This document shows, piece by piece, positions 1-7,629 of a stretch of 39,156 nt of DNA. This DNA is from an uncultured archaeon (GTDB lineage: Archaea; Iainarchaeota; Iainarchaeia; Iainarchaeales; JAGVWC01): assembly GCA_964402015.1 (NCBI GenBank), contig CAYOAS010000001.1, forward strand, positions 1-39,156. The letters are read 5' to 3'. Each line of letters starts with the position of its first letter. The first letter of the stretch is position 1. Position numbers and translations under genes: made by a program. The notes beneath the pieces were generated by a model, which saw only the letters and a program-made list of their open reading frames with translations, was not told the DNA's origin and did no database searches.

Positions 1-1128
1 GTAATTGCGCGCGCGAAGGCAGAGGGCGCGATTATTATTGGCAAGACCGCGCAGGACGAATTTGGTTTTGGGACTTTTTCTGCAAACACTGGAATTGGCT
101 TTCAAGCGCCAAAAAACCCGTTTGATAGTGAACGGAGCTGTGGTGGTAGCAGTGGGGGAAGCGCTGGCTTTACTGCGCTAACGCAGTTCACTCATGTTTC
201 GATTGCGGAGAGCACTGGCGGCAGCATTGCCTGTCCCGCGAGTTTTTGCGGCGTTGCTGGTTTGACGCCAACTTATGGTCTGGTTTCAAGATATGGCTTG
301 ATTGATTTTGCAAATTCGCTTGATAAGATTGGTGCAATGGGGAAAACTGTTGCTGATGCAACAGCATTGCTGGAAACAATTGCGGGGCATGATGCAAAAG
401 ACAGCACTTCCTTGGAACAAGCAATTTCTTTTGATGGAAAGACTGAATTAAAAAACCTGAAAATTGGCGTGGTGAAAGAGTTTTTTGGAAAAGAAATTGA
501 TGGAAATGTTTCAAAGCTCTGCAGAAGCGCTTTGGAAAAGCTGGAAAAGAACGGGGCAAAACTTGTTGAATTATCCTTGCCGTTGAATTCTGAATTTGCT
601 GTTGCCGCTTATTATCTTCTTGCAACAACAGAGGCAAGCACTAACCTGGCAAAATTTTGCGGCATGCGCTATGGCGCGCACGAAAAATTGGAAGGAACGT
701 TTGACGAGTATTTCAGTTCAGTTCGGAGCAAGTGGTTTGGAAAAGAGTCAAAGCGCAGAATCATTCTTGGAACTTTCGCGCGCATGTCTGGCTATCGTGA
801 CGCTTATTATTTGCGCGCTGCAAAAGCGCGTTCTTTGCTCATTGAAGAATTCAAAAGGGCTTTCAAGAAAGTTGATGTTATTGCAAACCCTACAATGCCA
901 ATTGTTGCTCCAAGATTTTCTGAAATAGAAAAAATGCAGCCCTTGCAACAGTATGCAATGGACTTGTGCACTGTTCCGGCAAACCTTGCAGGATTGCCGC
1001 ACGTTTCAATCAATGCGGGTTTTTCTGAAAAAGAAAAATTGCCGATTGGATTAATGCTTACTGCTGGCCATTTGCGGGAAAGCAAACTGTTTTCTGCAGC
1101 GCAATATTTGGAGGGCGCATGCAAATGA
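1..1128 (+). CDS. gatA: Asp/Glu-tRNA amidotransferase subunit A (GatA), 5' end cut by the window edge
   Basis: Frame 1 is open from nt 1. Translation contains the amidase signature GGSSGGSAG and runs into the listed 262..1128 ORF. The stop TGA is at 1126-1128. Confidence 0.9.
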   Translation, partial: VIARAKAEGAIIIGKTAQDEFGFGTFSANTGIGFQAPKNPFDSERSCGGSSGGSAGFTALTQFTHVSIAESTGGSIACPASFCGVAGLTPTYGLVSRYGLIDFANSLDKIGAMGKTVADATALLETIAGHDAKDSTSLEQAISFDGKTELKNLKIGVVKEFFGKEIDGNVSKLCRSALEKLEKNGAKLVELSLPLNSEFAVAAYYLLATTEASTNLAKFCGMRYGAHEKLEGTFDEYFSSVRSKWFGKESKRRIILGTFARMSGYRDAYYLRAAKARSLLIEEFKRAFKKVDVIANPTMPIVAPRFSEIEKMQPLQQYAMDLCTVPANLAGLPHVSINAGFSEKEKLPIGLMLTAGHLRESKLFSAAQYLEGACK

Positions 1129-1883
1129 GCGAAGAATTACTTGTTGCTGTCAAAGCCGCAAAGGAAGCGGGAAAGATTATAATGAAAAGTTTCAGGAAAA
1201 GCAAGGTTGTTGGCAAGAAGACAAGGCGCGATATTGTAACAACCGCTGATTTGAAGGCAGATAAAGCAATTACCAAAATAATATCCAGGCATTTTCATTC
1301 GCACGATTTTTTGACTGAGGAAACAGCGAGGCAAGAGAAAAGTTCTGCTTATTGTTGGATTATTGACCCGATTGACGGGACAGCGCCTTACGCTGCCGGA
1401 TTGGCTGAATTCGGTATTTCAATTGCGCTGGCTTATAATGGCAAGCCTGTTGTTGGCGTTGTTTTCAAGCCTTTTTTCAAGGAACTTTTTTCTGCGGAAA
1501 AAGGCAAGGGAGCTTTCTTAAATGGCGAAAGAATTTCCGTTGGAAAAGAAAATTCCCTTGAAAACTCTTTCATCGGCGGCGACTGGGGGCACAATGAAGG
1601 GCAGAAATTTTTCGGGATACTGGAGAAACTTCTGCCGCTTGTGAGGTACATCCAAATGTCAGGCTCTGCAGTTAATGGCCTGACGAACGTTGCCTGCGGA
1701 AGAATGCAAGCTTATGTTCATAATGACATAAAGCCTTGGGATATTGCGGCAAGTTTTGTAATAATAAAAGAAGCAGGCGGAAAACTAACAAACTTTGAAG
1801 GTAAGGAATGGGAAATAAACGACAAAGAAGTGGTTGCGTCAAACGGTCTTTTGAATGAAAAAATCTTGGAGGCATTGAAATGA
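1119..1883 (+). CDS. Inositol monophosphatase / fructose-1,6-bisphosphatase family protein
   Basis: Contains the WIIDPIDGT metal-binding motif and WDIAA motif typical of the IMPase/SuhB family. ATG at 1125 (ATGA overlap with the gatA stop, GGAGG at 1110-1114) is an alternative start. Confidence 0.8.
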   Translation: MQMSEELLVAVKAAKEAGKIIMKSFRKSKVVGKKTRRDIVTTADLKADKAITKIISRHFHSHDFLTEETARQEKSSAYCWIIDPIDGTAPYAAGLAEFGISIALAYNGKPVVGVVFKPFFKELFSAEKGKGAFLNGERISVGKENSLENSFIGGDWGHNEGQKFFGILEKLLPLVRYIQMSGSAVNGLTNVACGRMQAYVHNDIKPWDIAASFVIIKEAGGKLTNFEGKEWEINDKEVVASNGLLNEKILEALK

Positions 1884-2635
1884 AACTGACTGTTCTTGGT
1901 TCCGGAATGCCATTGTCAGGCGCAGAAAGAGCGTGTTCCGGTTACTTGATAGAATCACAGGGCAATTTTGTTGTATTGGATTTAGGGTCTGGAACATTGC
2001 AGAACATGAAAAAAATAGTTCTGCCAAGCAAGCCTAGCGCATTGTTTTTCTCGCATTTTTCTCACGCAGACCATGTTGCAGATTTGCCGGCTTTTTTTCA
2101 TGCAAGAAAAATGATTTGCACGGAAATGCCGAACGAGGCAAGGCAGCTGAACATGTTTGGGCATAATGGCTTTGAATCATTCGTAAAAAAAGTTTTGGAA
2201 TTGTTTCCAGGGTTTGCGAAACTGCCTTTCCCTGTCTGGGTTGAAGAAATGCAGTATTCTTCAAAAAAAATTTTTGGTTTTACAGTAAAATCAAAACCAG
2301 TAAAGCATGCAGAGGATTCAATTGGTTTCAGGATTGAGGCAGAAGGAAAGGTTATTGCATACAGCGGTGACACAGAGTATTGCGATGAAATAATTGATTT
2401 GGGGCAGAACGCTGATTTGCTGGTTTTGGAATGCAGTTTTCCCGGAACAGAAAAGCACGAAGGGCACTTGAATGCAAGCGAATGCGGCGAGATTGCAAAA
2501 AAAGCAAATGCAAGGCGCTTGTTGCTGACACATTTTTATCCCGAAGCAGAAAAAGAGGATGTGAAGGCGCAGGCTGCAAAAGCGTTTGATGGAGAAATAA
2601 TTCTGGCAAAAGATTTGCTGGAGGTAGAGATATAA
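1880..2635 (+). CDS. MBL-fold metallo-hydrolase (RNase Z-like beta-lactamase superfamily)
   Basis: HFSHADH (HxHxDH) zinc motif. ATGA start/stop overlap with the upstream gene. Confidence 0.7.
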   Translation: MKLTVLGSGMPLSGAERACSGYLIESQGNFVVLDLGSGTLQNMKKIVLPSKPSALFFSHFSHADHVADLPAFFHARKMICTEMPNEARQLNMFGHNGFESFVKKVLELFPGFAKLPFPVWVEEMQYSSKKIFGFTVKSKPVKHAEDSIGFRIEAEGKVIAYSGDTEYCDEIIDLGQNADLLVLECSFPGTEKHEGHLNASECGEIAKKANARRLLLTHFYPEAEKEDVKAQAAKAFDGEIILAKDLLEVEI

Positions 2636-2682
2636 TGGGATTGCGAAGCAATCGCATGTTCGCCAGCCTTAGCCAAGGCTGC
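2636..2682 (+). repeat. Two-hairpin intergenic element, copy 1
   Basis: Stem TGCGA/TCGCA (2642-2656), linker CATGTTCGC, stem CAGCCTT/AAGGCTG (2664-2681). The segment TTCGCCAGCCTTAG..AAGGCTGC is nearly identical to 27460-27482. Confidence 0.5.
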
Positions 2683-2708
2683 GCAAAAGATTTGCTGACT
2701 GTGGAAGT

Positions 2709-4121
2709 ATGACAGAAAAGCGCATTATTATTGGTTTGGAAGTCCACGTGCAATTGAATACTGAAAGCAAGTTGTTCTGCGGCTGCCCGACGGTTCCTGC
2801 TGAAAACGAACCTAATTCTTCTGTCTGCGAAGTCTGCTTGGGAATGCCTGGAAGCAAGCCTGTTTTGAACAAAAAAGCATTGGATTACGCGATTCTTGCG
2901 GCGCTTGCGCTGAACTGCAAGGTAAATGAAGAATTCTTTTTTTCGCGCAAAACATATTTTTATCCCGACATGTCAAAAAACTTTCAGATTTCGCAGTATG
3001 AATTGCCGATTGCAACAAACGGCTTTTTGCAATTGCAAAGCGGAAAAAAAATCAGGATTAGGCGCGTGCATTTGGAAGAAGACCCTGCAGCGCTCGTGCA
3101 CGAGGCTGGAATGCAATCCAGCAATTATTGCCTGGTGGATTATAACCGCAGCGGAATTCCCTTGATTGAAATTGTCAGCGAGCCGGATATTGATAGCCCG
3201 AAAGAAGCAAGGGAATTCATGGATGCGCTGTTAAACGTTTTGAATTACTTGAATATTTTTGTGCAGGGTGTTGGAGTAATGAAAGCAGATGCAAACATTT
3301 CCATTGAAGGCAATGAACGGGCTGAAGTGAAAAACATTTCAAGTTTTAGAGGCATTGAAAAAGCATTAGAGTTCGAGGTAAACCGGCAAAGGGCATTGAT
3401 TGCAAAAGGCGAGCGAATAAAGCTGGAAACGCGCGGTTATATCGCAGAAAACGATTCAACTGTTTCATTGCGCTCGAAAGAAAGCGAGGACGATTATGGA
3501 TATATTACAGAGCCAGATTTGCCGAAAATATTGGTGAGCAAGGATTGGCTTGCTGAATTGAAAAAGCGCTTGCCAGAATTGCCGGAGCAAAAGGCAAAGC
3601 GCTTTGAAAAGGAATTCAAAATTAGCCAGGCTGATGCGCGCATTTTGTGCGGAAATTTTGCTTTGGGAAAACTGTTCGAGGGCGTGGCCACAAAAACAAA
3701 ACCAGAATTTGCAGCGCGGTTTTTGTCCCGCGAACTGTTGGCAATCGTCAATTACAACAATCTTGATTTGTCCTCGCTAAAGCTTGATGCTGGCGCGATT
3801 GCAGAACTGTTGGAGCTTGTTGTTTCTGGCAAGGTCAGCGAGAAGAACGCAAAAGAGGCAATGATAAAATATGCAAACGAAAAAATCCTGCCAGTTGATT
3901 TCCTTAAGCAAAACAATCTTTTGATTGATTTGAAGCAGGATGACGTGGTGCAGATCATTGAAAAAGTTTTGTCTGAAAACAAAAAGGCGTTTGAAGAATT
4001 GAAGGCGGGAAACAAAAAGAGCCTGAACTTTCTTGTTGGCTTGGTGATGCGCCAGACAAAAGCAAAGGCTGAACCGCGCACAATCCAAAAAATTATCGAA
4101 GAAAAAGCGAAACAAAATTGA
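2709..4121 (+). CDS. gatB: Asp/Glu-tRNA amidotransferase subunit B (GatB)
   Basis: 470 aa. N-terminus IIGLEVHVQLNTESKLFCGCP and a C-terminal GatB/YqeY-like tail are characteristic of GatB. Confidence 0.9.
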   Translation: MTEKRIIIGLEVHVQLNTESKLFCGCPTVPAENEPNSSVCEVCLGMPGSKPVLNKKALDYAILAALALNCKVNEEFFFSRKTYFYPDMSKNFQISQYELPIATNGFLQLQSGKKIRIRRVHLEEDPAALVHEAGMQSSNYCLVDYNRSGIPLIEIVSEPDIDSPKEAREFMDALLNVLNYLNIFVQGVGVMKADANISIEGNERAEVKNISSFRGIEKALEFEVNRQRALIAKGERIKLETRGYIAENDSTVSLRSKESEDDYGYITEPDLPKILVSKDWLAELKKRLPELPEQKAKRFEKEFKISQADARILCGNFALGKLFEGVATKTKPEFAARFLSRELLAIVNYNNLDLSSLKLDAGAIAELLELVVSGKVSEKNAKEAMIKYANEKILPVDFLKQNNLLIDLKQDDVVQIIEKVLSENKKAFEELKAGNKKSLNFLVGLVMRQTKAKAEPRTIQKIIEEKAKQN

Positions 4122-4131
4122 GTGGTCCTTC

Positions 4132-4530
4132 TTGTTCAAAGAAATTTCCATTACCAGCAATGCGCGAAGCGAACTGATTGACATCACGGAGCGCGTGCAA
4201 CAAGCAGTAAAGGAATTCAAAATAAAAAGCGGTTTATGCGTTGTTTATTGCCCGCACACAACAGCTGCAATAACAATCAACGAGAACGCTGACCCGAGCG
4301 TGAAAGCAGACATTCTGAAGCAATTGGAAAAAATTGTTCCAGCAAATGCTGGCTATTCCCACTCCGAAGGAAACAGCGATGCGCACATCAAAAGCGCTTT
4401 GACCGGGAACAGCCGCACAATAATGGTTGAAAACAACAGGCTCGTTTTGGGCAATTGGGAAAGCGTTTTTTTCTGCGAATTTGACGGACCGCGGAAGAGA
4501 CACTTTTTTGTCAAAACAATAAAAGGATAA
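4132..4530 (+). CDS. YjbQ/UPF0047 family protein (secondary thiamine-phosphate synthase-like)
   Basis: 132 aa with VYCPHTTAAITINENADPSV and GNSDAHIKSAL, typical of the YjbQ family. TTG start. Confidence 0.75.
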   Translation: MFKEISITSNARSELIDITERVQQAVKEFKIKSGLCVVYCPHTTAAITINENADPSVKADILKQLEKIVPANAGYSHSEGNSDAHIKSALTGNSRTIMVENNRLVLGNWESVFFCEFDGPRKRHFFVKTIKG

Positions 4531-4538
4531 GCACTGCT

Positions 4539-4928
4539 TCAAGGAATGCATTCAAAAGAATCCACTTTTATCAGTATCCAGTCAAGCAGTTCAATAAAAT
4601 CTGTTCCGATTGGTTGCACACCGCGCTTTACTATTTCTCCCCGGATTTTGGCATGGTTGGAATCACAGTTTATTTGCTCTTTCAAAATTAGAGGAATTCC
4701 GGTTGTTTGCTTTCCAAAAGGCTCATTAAGCAAATATCCTTTTTGTTCGCCTTCCCTGAATATCTGTTGTGGGTAAGGCATTGCCCCGCCAACATAGCCG
4801 GAAAGCTCTATTTTTTCGCCCTGTTGCTTTTCAAAGACACTGCGCCAGTCTGTTCCGGCATAGCCTCCGAGGCAACCAGAAAGCAAAATTATTGAAATTA
4901 TTGTAAACCCCACAAAATTGCCTTTCAT
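4539..4928 (-). CDS. Hypothetical lipoprotein / secreted protein
   Basis: 129 aa. N-terminal hydrophobic segment ending LLSGC (lipobox-like). ATG confirmed at 4928. Confidence 0.5.
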   Translation of the reverse strand: MKGNFVGFTIISIILLSGCLGGYAGTDWRSVFEKQQGEKIELSGYVGGAMPYPQQIFREGEQKGYLLNEPFGKQTTGIPLILKEQINCDSNHAKIRGEIVKRGVQPIGTDFIELLDWILIKVDSFECIP

Positions 4929-4981
4929 AAAATAACCTTGTTTTTTCTGTTAAAAAACAGATGCTTTCGGCTTTTGTACCA

Positions 4982-5042
4982 CGGCTTTACTAAAGCCGGC
5001 AAATATGCAACCTTTTCGCTGTTGCTCAAAGGTTGGATTTGC
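4982..5042 (-). repeat. Two-hairpin intergenic element, copy 2
   Basis: Stem CGGCTTTA/TAAAGCCG (4982-4998), linker GCAAATATG, stem CAACCTTT/AAAGGTTG (5008-5035). Outer pairing is GCAAAT/ATTTGC (4999-5004 with 5037-5042). Confidence 0.55.
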
Positions 5043-5046
5043 CTAA

Positions 5047-5104
5047 TGGCGTTGTAAGCCGGCAAATATGCAACCTCCTCATTTTGTTTGGAGGTTGGAT
5101 TTGC
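5047..5104 (-). repeat. Two-hairpin intergenic element, copy 3 (tandem to copy 2)
   Basis: Repeats AAGCCGGCAAATATGCAACC and GGTTGGATTTGC from copy 2. The main stem is CAACCTCC/GGAGGTTG (5071-5097). The second hairpin is degenerate (GGC/GCC with a 7-nt loop). Confidence 0.55.
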
Positions 5105-5346
5105 TTGGCAGCAAAAAACAACTCTAAAACCCAACTTGCAGTTGGACTTCGCCTGTTGGCGTTATTTTGACTGTTGTACTATTGGTTTTCTGCCTTTGTA
5201 CCAAAACCGCTTTATAAAGCGCAAGCGAAGGTAATTATAGCGGTTAAATACCCCATGAATCACCCCGGCAGCAGTTGTCCGCCAGGACAATTGTTTGCCC
5301 TTTTTCTTTTTTTCGTTCAAAAATGTTTCTTAGGAGGCTTTGTTTT

Positions 5347-5649
5347 ATGCAGATTTGGGATCCGTTAAGAATTTTTGACCAGTATGCGGTTTCTTTTGAC
5401 ACTTATATTACGCCGCTTGTTTTAGTTGTTTCATTGATATTGTTGGCGGTTTCAATCCGCGCCTACCAGAAAAACAGCACTAAGCGATTCCTTTTGATTA
5501 CAATTGCTTTTGCTTTTTTTGCTGCAAAATGGCTGCTTAGGCTGTTGGACCTTTTTATCAGCCCAGGAAACTTTTTTTCCATTGCAGCACAGGATGTTTT
5601 TGAATTAATGATTCTTTTCGCATTGTTCTTTGCATTATTCCAGAAATAA
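5347..5649 (+). CDS. Small integral membrane protein
   Basis: About 100 aa with three hydrophobic helices. ATG at 5347 follows AGGAGG at 5333-5338. The longer listed ORF start (5275) runs through hairpin-rich intergenic DNA. Confidence 0.5.
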   Translation: MQIWDPLRIFDQYAVSFDTYITPLVLVVSLILLAVSIRAYQKNSTKRFLLITIAFAFFAAKWLLRLLDLFISPGNFFSIAAQDVFELMILFALFFALFQK

Positions 5650-5670
5650 AATAGCGGGGCATGTTTTCTT

Positions 5671-6207
5671 ATGGAAAAGGCGTACGAAGCCTTGAATCTC
5701 GGAACGCGGAACAAGATATACCAAATAATCGAAGCCAGTCCCGGCTTGCACTTTCGCGAACTCCAAAGGCGTTCTGGCATGGCTGTTGGGGCAATGCAAT
5801 ACCATTTGGATACTTTGGCAAAAAACCATTTGATTCGCGTTGAAAAGCAGGGAAGGTTCAACCGCTATTTTTCAGTTCGCGGAGCACAATTGGGATTGCA
5901 AGAAAAAACAATGTCTTCCTTGCGCCAGGAAAGCGCGAGAAAAATAATAATTTTTTTGTTGGAAAAAAAGCAGGCAACAAATTTTGAAATCGCAACAGCA
6001 GTGCAATTGTCTGCCTCGACTGTTTCCTGGCAATTGGCAAAACTGGCTAAAGCAGGAATTGTTTCAGAAAAGCGCGCGGGAAAACAAAAATTATTCTTTG
6101 TCAACAACCTGCAGGAAACAGCACAACTGCTTGTCAGCTACAAAAAAACCTTTTTTGACTCGCTGGTTGACAATTTTGTTGACACTTGGCAAGAACTGGG
6201 AGAGTAA
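5671..6207 (+). CDS. Winged helix-turn-helix transcriptional regulator (ArsR/TrmB-like, two wHTH repeats)
   Basis: 178 aa with two ArsR-like segments (GLHFRELQRRSGMAVGAMQYHLDTL and NFEIATAVQLSASTVSWQLAKL). Confidence 0.6.
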   Translation: MEKAYEALNLGTRNKIYQIIEASPGLHFRELQRRSGMAVGAMQYHLDTLAKNHLIRVEKQGRFNRYFSVRGAQLGLQEKTMSSLRQESARKIIIFLLEKKQATNFEIATAVQLSASTVSWQLAKLAKAGIVSEKRAGKQKLFFVNNLQETAQLLVSYKKTFFDSLVDNFVDTWQELGE

Positions 6208-6288
6208 GTTGCAAAATCAATATTGCATAATTTTATTTAGCGTTTTCGATTTTTGGAATGCAAAAAAGCACGTTTTTTATTGTAAAAG

Positions 6289-6828
6289 TTAGCTTTTCAT
6301 TGCCTTGAGCCCAACATATGCTAACAATAAACTTAGTGCAATTGCAATCAACTCACCAAAAACCAGAATGTTTAAACTTTCTTGAGTGCCAGTTGTAAGA
6401 AATTTGGTGAACATTGCTTGCACAAAACCAGAAATGAGTCCACCTAGGATTACTATGGCGGATACAAAAATTTGTAACCCTACTTGTTTCTTAGTTTCTT
6501 GATTAATTTTTCTCGGAATTTTTTCGTTTTTACTTTGCACTATCCGTTTGTTCTGGAAAAAGTTTTTTTGCAGAAAATCGGCAATTGTATTGAGAAATGC
6601 AAGCCCGTACAAAAGAAGAACTACGAATCCAACCACCACAAACAACGTTATCATTGACACTATTAAAACTGAGAAAACTAAAGTTAGACTTAAGGTAGTG
6701 CCTTCTTTCTCAAATGCCAAAGCAGTGATTACCCCCACTGTAGAAGAAATAATTACTAGTATTACAGGGTTTCTTAACACACGTTTTACAAGTTTATTGT
6801 CCATTGGCGGCATATAAGTATATGCCAT
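6289..6828 (-). CDS. Hypothetical multi-pass membrane protein
   Basis: Four or more hydrophobic helices. The start was moved to the internal ATG at 6828 (6813 and 6804 are alternatives). The first 10 codons of the listed ORF translate a tRNA-like fragment. Confidence 0.5.
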   Translation of the reverse strand: MAYTYMPPMDNKLVKRVLRNPVILVIISSTVGVITALAFEKEGTTLSLTLVFSVLIVSMITLFVVVGFVVLLLYGLAFLNTIADFLQKNFFQNKRIVQSKNEKIPRKINQETKKQVGLQIFVSAIVILGGLISGFVQAMFTKFLTTGTQESLNILVFGELIAIALSLLLAYVGLKAMKS

Positions 6829-6889
6829 CGAGGAAAATTTAAAAATCCAGTCCAAAAAAAGTATATGTATATATCCCCCTTTTTCGAAT

Positions 6890-6929
6890 AGCCCTGAGGA
6901 GATTCGAATTCTTGTCATAGGGTTTCTTA
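6890..6929 (-). pseudogene. Degenerate copy of tRNA-Gln exon 2 (3' half), possible att-site remnant
   Basis: Hand alignment to 7631-7670 gives 29 of 40 identities, covering acceptor 3' strand, T-loop, anticodon-stem 3' strand and the first intron bases. No matching 5' half is nearby and the T-stem is broken. Confidence 0.45.
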
Positions 6930-7011
6930 AAAGTGGCTTGTGGTGGATGTTATTGTTTTTGAAAATAACGTTTATATTGGGTTTGTTGCAAAATGTTATT
7001 GTGGTTTTTTT

Positions 7012-7215
7012 ATGCAGGTTCAGATTAGCAGGGAATTGGATAAGAAAATAAAGCAGGCTTCAAAAGCACTTGGCTTTGAAGACAAGAAAATCGTTGAAAG
7101 GGCATTATTGTTTTATTTGGACGCAGTCAAGGAACAATTGGCATTGAAACGGGAATTTAAGGAATGGGATAAATTAAGCGATGAAGCCTTGGTTGAATTT
7201 GAAAAGGAATTGTGA
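7012..7215 (+). CDS. Antitoxin of MazEF-type pair (ribbon-helix-helix-like)
   Basis: 67-aa charged protein. Its stop overlaps the MazF start by 4 nt (7212-7215). ATG at 7012. Confidence 0.55.
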   Translation: MQVQISRELDKKIKQASKALGFEDKKIVERALLFYLDAVKEQLALKREFKEWDKLSDEALVEFEKEL

Positions 7216-7541
7216 TGCAAAAAGGCGAAGTGTGGAACGTTGAAATTCCCGCCACAAACGGTTATGAGCAAATTGGTAGCAGACCCGCAATTGTGTTGTC
7301 TAATGGTGAAGCTGGAATTGTTGTAATCGTGTCGTTCACTTCAAAGATGCAGTCCTTGAAATATCGGTATACTGTTGAGATAATTGCATCAAAGCAAAAC
7401 GGGCTGAAAGCCACCTCTGTAGCACTGGTTTTTCAGTTAAGGGCAATTGACAGCAAAAGGCTGAAAGAAAAAATTGGCACGCTTGATAACAAAACAATGG
7501 AAGAAATAGAAAAACAAACCAAACTGTTGTTAAGAATCTAA
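7212..7541 (+). CDS. mazF: PemK/MazF family endoribonuclease toxin
   Basis: 109 aa. N-terminus KGEVWNVEIPATNGYEQIGSRPAIVLS matches the MazF/PemK consensus. Confidence 0.8.
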   Translation: MMQKGEVWNVEIPATNGYEQIGSRPAIVLSNGEAGIVVIVSFTSKMQSLKYRYTVEIIASKQNGLKATSVALVFQLRAIDSKRLKEKIGTLDNKTMEEIEKQTKLLLRI

Positions 7542-7629
7542 TTCCGCGGCGCAACCGCTTGCCCAACATTTTTGGCTTTTGCAAAAACAATATATTAACC
7601 CACTGTCGTATACATGGAAAAAAACAAGT

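Noticed and set aside
4925-5134. 69-aa minus-strand ORF containing a repeated VAYLPA motif
   Set aside because: The internal repeat is the translation of the tandem hairpin elements. There is no start context, and it lies in promoter-side DNA of the lipoprotein gene.
6890-6965. A possible complete extra tRNA gene at the exon-2-like fragment
   Set aside because: No 5' acceptor strand complementary to CAGGGCT and no D or anticodon arm lies upstream on the minus strand. The T-stem has only 3 of 5 pairs. It is kept only as a fragment.
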